This document shows, piece after piece, positions 9,469 to 18,382 of a stretch of DNA of 64,000 nt (position 1 is its first letter; the number at the start of each line of letters is the position of its first letter). Made by a program: the position numbers and the translations under genes. The notes below the pieces were generated by a model that had not been told where the DNA came from, did no database searches, and worked only from the letters and a program-made list of their open reading frames with translations. Origin of the DNA: an uncultured virus (IMG/VR IMGVR_UViG_3300029920_000005) (taxonomy: Duplodnaviria > Heunggongvirae > Uroviricota > Caudoviricetes); IMG/VR virus record IMGVR_UViG_3300029920_000005; one strand, written 5' to 3'.

Positions 9469-9827
9469 CAGTCGAACCGACTACTGTAGTTGGCGTCTGA
9501 GCCGACGACGCGGCGCGGGGCGTTCTTGCGCTTGTCCTCAGCCATGAACACCATTTGCGCGGTCGCCTTTTTGATGCGCTGCAGGCCAACTTCGCTGTAG
9601 TCGTCAACGGGCGGCGACTTGTACGTCACGCCGTCAATCTGAATGAAGATGAAAATTTCGCCGCCGCCCATTATCTCTACATCCACATCGCAAAAATTCG
9701 GGAGCATCGCCTCGACCTTCTGCTTGAACTGCCCAGCGATGTAAACGGGGTCGCAGTCCGAATCGCCACCGGGCTTTTCGCCCCATTCGATGTCAAATTC
9801 ACCCATTTTGCTCATGATCAACCCCAT
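9468..9827 (-). CDS. Hypothetical protein
   Basis: 119 aa in the early leftward operon. Confidence 0.6.
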   Translation of the reverse strand: MGLIMSKMGEFDIEWGEKPGGDSDCDPVYIAGQFKQKVEAMLPNFCDVDVEIMGGGEIFIFIQIDGVTYKSPPVDDYSEVGLQRIKKATAQMVFMAEDKRKNAPRRVVGSDANYSSRFD

Positions 9828-9906
9828 TGCGTTTGAATCAGGCCGTAGGCGATGAAGATGATCACCGCCAAAACCACGGCGCCAATACGATTTTTGACAG
9901 AAGCCT

Positions 9907-10050
9907 TCATGCCGGCCTCCCTTGAATACCCACGACCCGCCCGATGGAATCCAGCACCATCAGCTGGGCATCACAGACGTGATGGGCGAGCGCTGGCACG
10001 GTGTAGCGCGTGCCGTCGCGCTCAACGACAGTGATCAGATAAGGCTTCAT
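9907..10050 (-). CDS. Small hypothetical protein (47 aa)
   Basis: MKPYLITVVERDG..., ATGA overlaps at both ends. Confidence 0.55.
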   Translation of the reverse strand: MKPYLITVVERDGTRYTVPALAHHVCDAQLMVLDSIGRVVGIQGRPA

Positions 10051-10238
10051 GCCATCTCCTTGCAGCGCCTTGGCCACTGCGCGTTGTCTGCCCGCTGGTA
10101 AGCCATGACGGACGGCTCAAGGCACGTTTTGATGATTGCCGCGATCTCGTCCGGCCCATCTCCGCGCCGATACGCCATAATCAGCCGGCTGGCGTCGATC
10201 ACTACCTGGACGCGAGCGGCTGCGATGTCGTTTTCCAT
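10047..10238 (-). CDS. Hypothetical protein
   Basis: MENDIAAARV..., GGAGG RBS. Confidence 0.6.
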   Translation of the reverse strand: MENDIAAARVQVVIDASRLIMAYRRGDGPDEIAAIIKTCLEPSVMAYQRADNAQWPRRCKEMA

Positions 10239-10706
10239 GCGACCTCCCAAAAAAGAAGCCCGCGCGCCGCGGGCAAACACTCACAGGATGAATTTGGCCG
10301 GACTTTCCCGGAGGTCAGCACTCTTTCCGCACCCTTGCCTATGCTCGGCCGTCGTCACGCGGCGGAACCCGCGCCCCTTGTTGGCTGACTCATTGGGGAA
10401 TCCCGTGTTTACGGCAGTAGGTTGCCAGCCCAGCGGGAGGAACTTTGTTGCCAAAATCGCCTGTCACGCGCCTTTGGAAACCGGCCTCACTCCCCAGTAA
10501 GGCCGTGCTGAGTTGTCCTTGCCCATCCCGATGCAGTTACATGATCGTCTCCCGGTGAGATACGCGGTCTTGCGTGGCGTCCGCGCTGCCCTTGAATCGG
10601 TACTGCTGTCCCATGAAGGCCGTTTCGGCTTACGCGCCCCTTCTGCCGTAGCTTCCGCTGCTGCGAACAGGCCTTCATGAGCCGCCTATTGCCAAGCGGC
10701 CAGCCT

Positions 10707-10922
10707 TTAAAACTCAATGTCGTCCATCGGGTCATCCAGCGGGGGCGACGGCGCGTCCGTCACTACCGGGCCGCGAATAACCTTGAAGCCAGGGCGCTCG
10801 CCGTAGAGCAGATAATTGCCGATAAAGCGACTCGTGTTAAAGACCACCGGCTTAAACCAGACGATGGAGTACGGCGCAAAAACGACGCATTCCGCGTCGT
10901 CGAAGTCGATCGTTTCGTTCAT
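10707..10922 (-). CDS. Hypothetical protein, first ORF of the PL operon
   Basis: 71 aa with AGGAG RBS. Confidence 0.6.
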   Translation of the reverse strand: MNETIDFDDAECVVFAPYSIVWFKPVVFNTSRFIGNYLLYGERPGFKVIRGPVVTDAPSPPLDDPMDDIEF

Positions 10923-11350
10923 TCCGCTCTCCTGTTGATCACCACAACGTCCTCAGTCGAAGCTGTTGTGGTGATGGCCCGTCGCCAGGCCACCGGTACT
11001 TCGCGATGTGTATAGCTGCTTGTGCGTTACCCGGGCGCTAACCGGTCAGTACCCCGTGCGTTGATCGCTATCCGTGACCGGGAACCTCGCCTCGCCACCT
11101 CCACCCGTTCGCTTCCGTTGTTGGGTCGCCTGGCCGTGGTCGCCAGTGCTGCATTCACTTCGTTCACCCGTTACTCGCCACGGTTTGATTGGCGCATCAC
11201 GTGTTTCATTACCTGGCTTTTCGTCGCCCGATTCGCACGCTTCCAGCTCGCTTTGTGCTCGCTGTGTTTGCTCCCGCTTTGCCGGCGCGGGGCTGCATCT
11301 GAGGCCGGGCCTAATACGCTTTCGCGCTTCGGCTGCTAATCCCTGCAAGT

Positions 11351-11363
11351 TGTGTAAAGAGCG
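11351..11363 (-). promoter_or_regulatory. boxA-like antitermination element
   Basis: CGCTCTTTACACA on the minus strand just downstream of PL; matches lambdoid boxA CGCTCTTTA. Confidence 0.7.
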
Positions 11364-11393
11364 TTGCTCGGTGTTGCTGAGCTGATGGAGTGA

Positions 11394-11478
11394 AGATTAC
11401 CTCGTGGGTAACTATAAGGCAAGACAAAAGATTACCTGCACATGGCGCGTGTGGCTTTTTTGGTTACCAAATGGGTAA
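11394..11478 (-). promoter_or_regulatory. PL promoter with OL operators
   Basis: TTGCCT-17bp-TAATCT (11422-11394); operators TTACCTCGTGGGTAA 11397-11411 and TTACCAAATGGGTAA 11464-11478, matching the OR palindromes. Confidence 0.85.
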
Positions 11479-11537
11479 TTGATTGTGCGGCAAGGGCAAA
11501 CTAGGAAGGGGTGAGGGCCAGGACGGCCCGTCATGTA

Positions 11538-11696
11538 TTACGCAGATTGGAGTGCGTCGGGATTGGAACGGAGGAAATCAAGGATGGCGGCGAGGTTGCC
11601 GCGTTTTTCGACTTTGAATTTGTTGTCATGCGAGAGGGTGATGCGCAGTTCGGCGAGAAGGGGGTAAACAGAACTGCCAAGGGTTTCGGTTTCCAT
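11538..11696 (-). CDS. Small ORF (52 aa) downstream of luxR; antirepressor candidate
   Basis: METETLGSSVYPLLAELRITLSHDNKFKVEKRGNLAAILDFLRSNPDALQSA; below the ORF-track cutoff; weak RBS. Confidence 0.5.
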   Translation of the reverse strand: METETLGSSVYPLLAELRITLSHDNKFKVEKRGNLAAILDFLRSNPDALQSA

Positions 11697-11803
11697 TGCG
11701 TGTTTCTGTAGATCGTTGAAAGAGGCAATAGGATGTCACAAACCCCTTGCAACGAACAGCGGGTAAAACAGGACATTTTTAGCGCGATATCTGACTGTGG
11801 TGC

Positions 11804-12556
11804 TCAGGTATTATTGGGGTTTCCAAAGAGAATATACACAAGGTGCGCCCGGCTGCGAGCCTTGTATTGCTTGATGATGCGGGCCACATGGCGCCGCACC
11901 GTCCTTGCGGTAATGCCGAGATTGGATGCTGTCTGAGTGTCGGATTGTCCGACGGCAATGCTGTCCGCTATTGACCGGTCCATATCCGTCAGCTCATACC
12001 GGAGGTCGCGTGGGGCGAGTACCCGCGAGGCGGCTGATGACATGTGCCGGTGCATCATGCCGATGATCTGACGCACCCCGGCATCCTCCTCCGCCCGCCG
12101 TCCTGCAAACGAAATGGTTACGCGGTGCGTGCCGTGGTCGTGTAAGTAGGTAAGGCCGTGCGTCATGTCGTGGCGCGCGCAGGCGGCGAGAAAGCGGGCA
12201 TGGCTCGGCGTGCGGCGATTTAATGTCGCCAAACTCTTGGACCAGAGGATCGGCGTATCCGGCTTCCCGTTGAGCACGGGGTCGACGTTCGCAAAATCCG
12301 CAGCCAGGTACAGGTCGATCCACTCGTCACTCCAGCCCACGTTCAGGATGTCGGCAAAAGTAGGGTGGTGACCGCCAAGCCCAGTAACCGCAATCAAAAT
12401 GGCCACATCACCGGAGAGTAGATGCTGTAGCCCGTGGCAAAATGCGCGCAGACCCTCCTTCTCCCGCGCCGTAGGTAGAGTCCCGGCCAGGCCCAGTACG
12501 GTATATGCCGTACCGGGCGGCACACTATTAAGTAGATCCATCGTTGTGCTGTCCAT
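11804..12556 (-). CDS. LuxR-family solo regulator (autoinducer-binding domain + HTH)
   Basis: W-IDL-Y, D-P, ILW, G in GWSDEWIDLYLAADFANVDPVL...ILWS...HGLT; C-terminal LuxR HTH LGITARTVRRHV. Confidence 0.9.
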   Translation of the reverse strand: MDSTTMDLLNSVPPGTAYTVLGLAGTLPTAREKEGLRAFCHGLQHLLSGDVAILIAVTGLGGHHPTFADILNVGWSDEWIDLYLAADFANVDPVLNGKPDTPILWSKSLATLNRRTPSHARFLAACARHDMTHGLTYLHDHGTHRVTISFAGRRAEEDAGVRQIIGMMHRHMSSAASRVLAPRDLRYELTDMDRSIADSIAVGQSDTQTASNLGITARTVRRHVARIIKQYKARSRAHLVYILFGNPNNT

Positions 12557-12608
12557 ATCTTAAACGTAGCGCAAAGCCGCGCAATGTACAGGATATGTCC
12601 CGCCGTGC

Positions 12609-12944
12609 CTATCTCTTTGATTCGATAATTAATTTGATAAGTTCCGCAATTGTTTCCGGCCCCTTGTCGAGCAACTTCTCAGCCAGGTCTTGCAGGGACT
12701 CGGCGACGAGGTAGGCGCCGTCCACCTGGGTGACCGGTTCCTTTTGGCCTTTGCCGGTTTCCAGCCATGCAGGATTCACGCGCAGCGCCTTTGCTATCTG
12801 CAAAAGCCGTGTTGTAGCACGGTTTTTCCCGCTTTCAAGGTCTCGAATGGTGGATACGCTGAGGCCAGCTTTTCTGGCGAGCTGCGCTTGTGTCATGCCC
12901 AGCGCGAGTCTCGCCGCGCGCAATCGGTCTGCAAAAAAGTCCAT
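12609..12944 (-). CDS. XRE-family HTH regulator
   Basis: RLRAARLALGMTQAQLARKAGLSVSTIRDLESG...WLETGKG. Confidence 0.9.
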   Translation of the reverse strand: MDFFADRLRAARLALGMTQAQLARKAGLSVSTIRDLESGKNRATTRLLQIAKALRVNPAWLETGKGQKEPVTQVDGAYLVAESLQDLAEKLLDKGPETIAELIKLIIESKR

Positions 12945-13115
12945 GCAATATTGTCGAGCATGGATTGCGTGTAATAACGCTTTAAGAATGGCGGAATAAC
13001 GCTATTGCTGGCACGCGGCGCCAGCAGGCGAGGCGATCAGGGGCAGGGTAGGGGAATAGGGTGGGCGTGAAAAAGCCCACACTGGGGCGGGCTGATTGGA
13101 GCGAATTATGACTGA

Positions 13116-13565
13116 TTACTGATCGGGATGCGTTTTCTTGATCTGATCGAGCAGGGCTTGAGTGTCTTTTAGTTGCTGCATCACCTGGGTCTGCGCGGCA
13201 GAAGTGTTCTTGCCGGATTCAAACGAGGCGACCATGTTGCTCAATACGGTTGCGTTGAACGCGGCTACCCCGAGGACAATGGCGAGGACGGCGGATATGC
13301 CGGTGACAATGATTGTAGTCTTTAGGCTCTTGATGGACGCCTGAGTGTCCTTGTTAGCCTCGACAAAGGCATCCATTTTATCTTCGATGCGCGAAACCCT
13401 GGCATCCATCTTGGCTTCGATGGTTTCCAGTTTGGCGTCGAGCAGTTCGACTGTGACAGGTGTGCTCATAGTGACATTATGGGTCAGGTCGCCTTCGCCA
13501 TCAACCCCGGCCACCCCTTGCTGCGGTTGCCATATATTGAGACTGATAACTTTACTTGCCGGCAT
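13116..13565 (-). CDS. Single-pass membrane/coiled-coil accessory protein
   Basis: GAGGAGG RBS, overlaps the upstream stop; TM segment IIVTGISAVLAIVLGVAAF. Confidence 0.7.
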   Translation of the reverse strand: MPASKVISLNIWQPQQGVAGVDGEGDLTHNVTMSTPVTVELLDAKLETIEAKMDARVSRIEDKMDAFVEANKDTQASIKSLKTTIIVTGISAVLAIVLGVAAFNATVLSNMVASFESGKNTSAAQTQVMQQLKDTQALLDQIKKTHPDQ

Positions 13566-13875
13566 CGTTGCCATCCTCCTCGCTGTAGCCTTGATCGACA
13601 TACCCCAACTCAACGTACATGTGATAGAAAACCTTCGAGAAAGTCATGACATAAGAGCAGTTGTCGCATATGAGCATTATCAGTTGAGTATTAAACCGCT
13701 CAAGTTTGTTGTTATTGCCGGGAACTGTCGTGGTTCCGGGTATGAATGCTTCGATCTGAACGGGTTCATGACCCGGAATCTCAGCCCGATGGCCCCACGT
13801 GAAGTTCTCACTGTTCCCGCATATCGGGCAGCCCTTGAAGCCTTTTTGCTTCAAATGATTCATGAATTTTTCCAT
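13552..13875 (-). CDS. Zinc-ribbon accessory protein
   Basis: CPICG...ICDNCSY; AT-richer than its neighbours. Confidence 0.75.
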   Translation of the reverse strand: MEKFMNHLKQKGFKGCPICGNSENFTWGHRAEIPGHEPVQIEAFIPGTTTVPGNNNKLERFNTQLIMLICDNCSYVMTFSKVFYHMYVELGYVDQGYSEEDGNDAGK

Positions 13876-13879
13876 ACTG

Positions 13880-13932
13880 CCCCTTGAGTGTTATTCCAAA
13901 ATCCGGTAGTGAAACAGCCCGCAATCGTGGGT
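13880..13932 (+). repeat. 53-bp intergenic repeat, copy A (terminator + RBS leader)
   Basis: 44/53 identical to 14532-14584. Confidence 0.85.
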
Positions 13933-13944
13933 GGTGGCGGCCGG

Positions 13945-14523
13945 CTACATCCGGGCGAGGAGCTCTCGCTTTTTGTTTTCAAACTCATCGTCCGTCAGTA
14001 CGCCGGCGCTATGCAGATCCTTGAGGCCAGAAACGGCTTTCAAGATTGACTCGTGCGAGCCGCCTTTGGGTTCTTGCATTGCCGGGGCGACTTGGGCGTG
14101 CATTCCGGACGTCGAAGCTCGATCCAGAATGTAAGCGGTTGCATCACGGAATTTCTGCGCCATTGCCTTGGTGTTTAGAGAAACGCAGTTCGGCGCCTTT
14201 GCCGGGTCTGTTCCCTTGGCTTGAGACCAGTAGCTCTTGTCGGTATTTTGCATGCCACCCGCCGAAAGCTCGAAGTACCCGCTCAGGAGCCCATACTTCA
14301 CTTCGACCCCGGCCACCCGTGCGTATGGCAATTGAAACACGTTATTGCCAAAAAATTGCCCCGTCATGAATCCACCCTTCGCCACAATGACTCGATGGGT
14401 TGTGCAGATGAGCGCCTGCTTGAATGCGCCCTTTATCTTAATTATTACCTTTTCTTCGGCAGTCAGGAGTGTCTGCAGCTCTTTTTCAAGCCGGTCTGGA
14501 AGTTCTTCTATTAGATGGTCCAT
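13945..14523 (-). CDS. Bacterial PH-like domain protein with C-terminal SHOCT
   Basis: ICTTHRVIVAKGG...VEVKYGLLSG; LKDLHSAGVLTDDEFENKKRELL. Confidence 0.85.
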   Translation of the reverse strand: MDHLIEELPDRLEKELQTLLTAEEKVIIKIKGAFKQALICTTHRVIVAKGGFMTGQFFGNNVFQLPYARVAGVEVKYGLLSGYFELSAGGMQNTDKSYWSQAKGTDPAKAPNCVSLNTKAMAQKFRDATAYILDRASTSGMHAQVAPAMQEPKGGSHESILKAVSGLKDLHSAGVLTDDEFENKKRELLARM

Positions 14524-14531
14524 GCAGCAAT

Positions 14532-14584
14532 CCCCTTGAGTGTCATTTTGAAATCTGGTCGTGAAAAAACCCGCAATCGCGGGT
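14532..14584 (+). repeat. 53-bp intergenic repeat, copy B
   Basis: 44/53 identical to 13880-13932. Confidence 0.85.
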
Positions 14585-14603
14585 CTGTCGTTCGTTCTTG
14601 TGT

Positions 14604-16199
14604 TTAATCGTCCACCGGCATAACGATCCGCGCATCAACCCCCGCATGCTTCTGCAAGAGATACAGTAGGTTGGCGCCGTCAAGTAACTCGATCGGTTTG
14701 TTGTTTGCAAACTCGAATGAAGCTTTGCCGTAACCGCTCGTCGCCACCAGGATACCCTTTGACGCGCCCTCGTTCTGCATGGTGCCAAATAAGTCACGAA
14801 CCGCGCTAACGCCAACGGTGTTTTTGTAGCGCTTGGCCTGGATGACAACCTTGCCGCCGAAGATCGGCCGCGGATCGTAGGCAATACAGTCCACGCCGCC
14901 GTCGCGCGATGCCTGTGTCAGCTTGGTTTCTAGCCCCATCTTCTGAAACAGATTTGTAATTAGCGACTCAAACTCACCCGGCGTCAGGTCCATTAAGTTT
15001 TGTCTTTCGTCTAACCCGGACAGAATATCGCTCTCAGTAATGAATCGCGGATCGTTCATGTTCAACTCAAGTATTGGTCGAACCGGGGCCAGCTCTGCCG
15101 GGTTGCGTGACACCGATGCGTTCAGCTGCTGCAGGCACGCCATAGGATCGACTCTACTCAGGTCAATAGCGGCGAATGTGTCTTTTGTGGTTCTGACAGA
15201 AACGACGCAATAACGAGTGTTCTGCCCTGTCGCCGGGTTGATGGTATCGACATACACACTGAGAACCGTGGTGTCGATATTGCCGTCAGTGTCAGCTTGA
15301 AATATCTCGTGCAGGCATCGCAGTGTAGTCTGCGCGATAATCGACGCGTAGATCTGCTTGCGCTGAGCGGCGAGTATCTTCGAATGGCTGAATGTGTCAG
15401 TAGCCTTTACGTGCTTCACTGCTTTTACATCAGGGGTAATCGTTTCAAATGGCGGAACATCATAGTTCACCACCAGTTGACGAGATTCAGGTGAGAAGAC
15501 AATGACGGAGGACTGCGGGAAGCCCTCAGGGAGCGAACTATGGGACAAAACAGCCGAGAAATAGCCTGAAATTGCGTCCGGGTTGTGCGCGCGAAGCGCC
15601 TTCGAGCACTCATCAATTGTTTTGTTGTGTTCGTCTGCTTGGCGTTTAATGCGGGCGACTTCTGCGGTGTATTCAGCCTTGCGTGCCTCTATTTTACCGA
15701 GTCGAAGCGCCTCGTCGGCCTCGTATTTTCTGAGCGCCTGCTGGCGTTTTCGGTCTGAAGCTTCCTTTTCCCGCTCGTACTTAGCTTTTCCTCCTAGCAA
15801 CATGAAAAACCAAGATGGGCGCGGGGTGACGTATTCCCAGTCTACGGGCGCGCGATTCGGCGTTTCAAGGTCTTCGAGATTTAGTACGGGAATATTGGGT
15901 TTGACAATCAGGCAGTCCAGTGAAAATTTCTTTCTACTGCGGATGCCGTCTGCAAGAATGCTGGATAGCTCTCCAATTCGAGCCTCCGCCTCTTCCGTCA
16001 TGCCGGCCGCTTCCTCCGCCCTTGACTCCAGGTAATCGCGTTTGCGCTCTTTTTCGTCGCGCGCGGAAGCTATTCTTGCTTCTCGTTCGAGTCTTGCCTG
16101 CTCCCGGGCGCTCCGGGCTGCATCCCTTGCTGACGCCCTTGCTTGACGTTCAAGCTCCCTGGATAACTGGTTAAGGCCACTAAAAAATCCCCTTGCCAC
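14604..16199 (-). CDS. Mrr-family restriction endonuclease with long N-terminal coiled coil
   Basis: EFESLITNLFQKMG...DGGVD...IQAKRY...GILVATS...ELLDG; GTG start after the terminator. Confidence 0.9.
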   Translation of the reverse strand: MARGFFSGLNQLSRELERQARASARDAARSAREQARLEREARIASARDEKERKRDYLESRAEEAAGMTEEAEARIGELSSILADGIRSRKKFSLDCLIVKPNIPVLNLEDLETPNRAPVDWEYVTPRPSWFFMLLGGKAKYEREKEASDRKRQQALRKYEADEALRLGKIEARKAEYTAEVARIKRQADEHNKTIDECSKALRAHNPDAISGYFSAVLSHSSLPEGFPQSSVIVFSPESRQLVVNYDVPPFETITPDVKAVKHVKATDTFSHSKILAAQRKQIYASIIAQTTLRCLHEIFQADTDGNIDTTVLSVYVDTINPATGQNTRYCVVSVRTTKDTFAAIDLSRVDPMACLQQLNASVSRNPAELAPVRPILELNMNDPRFITESDILSGLDERQNLMDLTPGEFESLITNLFQKMGLETKLTQASRDGGVDCIAYDPRPIFGGKVVIQAKRYKNTVGVSAVRDLFGTMQNEGASKGILVATSGYGKASFEFANNKPIELLDGANLLYLLQKHAGVDARIVMPVDD

Positions 16200-16254
16200 G
16201 GCTCGCCCCTTACTTGATGCAAAATAAAAGCCCGCATTTGCGGGCCTCCAGTAT

Positions 16255-16623
16255 TCAGTCTTTTTTCTTCGCGTCTTGCAGATCCATTGCTCGCTGCACA
16301 ATCTCAAAAATTGTAGCCCGGTCGAGGGCTGACAGTTTTGTCGCCAGATCATCAGGGGAGGACGCCTCAACAATCACATGACCGCCACCACTCAAAACCG
16401 GCGGGATGTCATCGTGCTGAACGTCCATCCACCCTTCTGATAGGTTGCGCACCACCTCAATCTTGCGCGCCATATCGTCGCCGATGTTCTTTTTCCCTGT
16501 CCTGATCCGGCTCAGGTAGTTCGATTCCACTTCTAAATCTTTTGCCAATTCCGCAGCTGCCCCTCGCGGCTCAACCAGCGATAGGAAGTTCTTCAGGCGG
16601 ATTTCTTTATTTGTGAGTCCCAT
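16255..16623 (-). CDS. cI: Phage repressor CI (HTH, no S24 peptidase domain)
   Basis: Divergent from cro across palindromic operators; NYLSRIRTGKKNIGDDMARKIE...GWMD; only 122 aa. Confidence 0.85.
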   Translation of the reverse strand: MGLTNKEIRLKNFLSLVEPRGAAAELAKDLEVESNYLSRIRTGKKNIGDDMARKIEVVRNLSEGWMDVQHDDIPPVLSGGGHVIVEASSPDDLATKLSALDRATIFEIVQRAMDLQDAKKKD

Positions 16624-16642
16624 CCGGAAATGGTAGTTGCGA

Positions 16643-16718
16643 TTACCCAATGGGTAAATGTGCTGTGGGGTGCTTTTGTGTTGATTTGCTTGCATATAAG
16701 TTACCCCTAGGGTAATCT
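16643..16718 (+). promoter_or_regulatory. OR operators and PR promoter
   Basis: TTACCCAATGGGTAA 16643-16657 and TTACCCCTAGGGTAA 16701-16715; TTGCAT-17bp-TAATCT 16690-16718. Confidence 0.85.
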
Positions 16719-16724
16719 TCGTCT

Positions 16725-16964
16725 ATGAATTTCAAAGAGTTTTGGGCCGAATTAGGCCCTGAAGAAAAGCAGATGTTTGCCAACTCGGTGACCCGGAAAA
16801 AGAAGTATCTGGATCACGTTGCCGCAGGGAGAAAGCTCCCCGGCAATGACTTGGCAGTCGACATCCAAAAGAAGACGGGCCGTAAGGTTACCGTCTATGA
16901 CCTTCTGCCGCTCCATGCCGAGAAGATCTGGCCAAAGGATGAATGGCAGTTGATCGAAAAATAG
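16725..16964 (+). CDS. cro: Cro/YdaS-like repressor
   Basis: 79 aa HTH divergent from cI, GRK.PG..LA..I...TG..VT..DLLP. Confidence 0.85.
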   Translation: MNFKEFWAELGPEEKQMFANSVTRKKKYLDHVAAGRKLPGNDLAVDIQKKTGRKVTVYDLLPLHAEKIWPKDEWQLIEK

Positions 16965-17090
16965 TTGTTTGGCGGAGACCTGCAGGCGGGGAAACCTGCT
17001 GGTCTCCTGGGGAATGAGCAAGGGCGTCGCTCACAGTTCGAATATACGGCAAGAAAATTGGAACGGATACATGAAAATGAAAGGCGAATC

Positions 17091-17549
17091 ATGCAAGTCG
17101 ATCACGTAAAGCGCCGCTTTCCCGGCTTCTTCTCGGCTATCCACGCCGACACAAGGCGCTTTCCTGACAACGGGATTACTGGCGCCGCCGAGGCAACCTC
17201 TCGCAACCCCGGGACTCTGTCCAATCAGCTCAAGCCGGATAACTACAAAGAAGCCCCGACGCTAGAGACCGCTCTGGAAATGATTGAGCTGACCCAGTCC
17301 GTTCGCACCGTCAATGCCATCGCGAGTCTTGTTGGCTGCGTCGCCGTCCGTGTCGACTCCCATTCCGCGCCCACTGACATCCGGACCTGCGCTGAGGTTT
17401 TGACGCAGCTGGCCTACAAGGTTGTGGGCTTCGGTCTTCTGGAGGGTAGCACCGGGCGCCTGACGCACACCCAGCGCGATGAGCAGGAATGCATCCTCAA
17501 CGAACTAATTCAGATGGCTCTTGCATATCGCAATGGACTCAAAGGGTAG
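17091..17549 (+). CDS. CII-like regulatory protein
   Basis: Position after cro; GITGAAE...NPGTLSNQLKP motif. Confidence 0.7.
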   Translation: MQVDHVKRRFPGFFSAIHADTRRFPDNGITGAAEATSRNPGTLSNQLKPDNYKEAPTLETALEMIELTQSVRTVNAIASLVGCVAVRVDSHSAPTDIRTCAEVLTQLAYKVVGFGLLEGSTGRLTHTQRDEQECILNELIQMALAYRNGLKG

Positions 17550-17647
17550 GGCGAAGCCTGCGGCCAATAACGAGCAGACAAGAAAAAGCCCACTTCATCG
17601 CGGGTGCAACCGCTCAGTGGGCTTAATCAACATTTGATGGAGTGATT

Positions 17648-18382
17648 ATGCAAAACACACCCTCGATAGTCAATAACAACCTCACGATGTCCAGTCGCGA
17701 AATCGCGGATCTGTGCGATAAGCGACACGACAACGTGATGGCCGACATTCGCACGATGCTTGTCGACCTGAATTTGGATCTACTGAAATTTCAGGGCATC
17801 TACCTGGACGCCTACGGGCGCCAGCAACCTTGTTACGGACTTGACCGCGAGCTGACCATGACGCTCGTCACCGGTTACAGCACGCTTTTGCGCAACCGCA
17901 TCGTCAAGCGCTGGATGGAGCTCGAAGCCAAGCCGGCGCCAGTTACAATCGAAGCCCCGGCGCCGCGCGGAGGCGAAATGCGTGGCATGGCCGTACTCAT
18001 GGCTGCCGGCGTCATCAAGGAGCGCGCCGCCGTTGCCGCGCTGCAATGCGTAGAGCGCGAGACGGGCGCTGACCTGACCGACTTCTATGCCGCCCTCCCG
18101 AACGTCGCCAGTGACCGCGCTGGCACCCTCAATGCAACCGATATCGCCGAGTCCATGGGCTGGTGCGGATTGAACAACAAACCGAACGCCCGTGTTGCCA
18201 ATGTGAAGCTGGCCGAGGCCGGACTGCAGGAACAGATCAACGGCGAATGGAAGCTGACCGACAAAGGCCAACAGCACGCCGAATACCGCCCCGTCGCCAC
18301 CGGGCGCTCGTCCAAGATGCAAATCCAGTGGAAGCCGTCCGTGCTGACCGTGCTGAAAGAAAAAGCGGGGGTGGCTGCATGA
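17648..18382 (+). CDS. Rha-family regulator/antirepressor with KilA-C-like tail
   Basis: MSSREIADLCDKRHDNVMADIR...LVTGYS..LR..IVKRWMELE. Confidence 0.85.
   Translation: MQNTPSIVNNNLTMSSREIADLCDKRHDNVMADIRTMLVDLNLDLLKFQGIYLDAYGRQQPCYGLDRELTMTLVTGYSTLLRNRIVKRWMELEAKPAPVTIEAPAPRGGEMRGMAVLMAAGVIKERAAVAALQCVERETGADLTDFYAALPNVASDRAGTLNATDIAESMGWCGLNNKPNARVANVKLAEAGLQEQINGEWKLTDKGQQHAEYRPVATGRSSKMQIQWKPSVLTVLKEKAGVAA

Noticed and set aside
11697..11803. lux box or SOS box upstream of the small ORF
   Set aside because: I could not find a convincing 18-20 bp lux-type palindrome or CTGT-N8-ACAG
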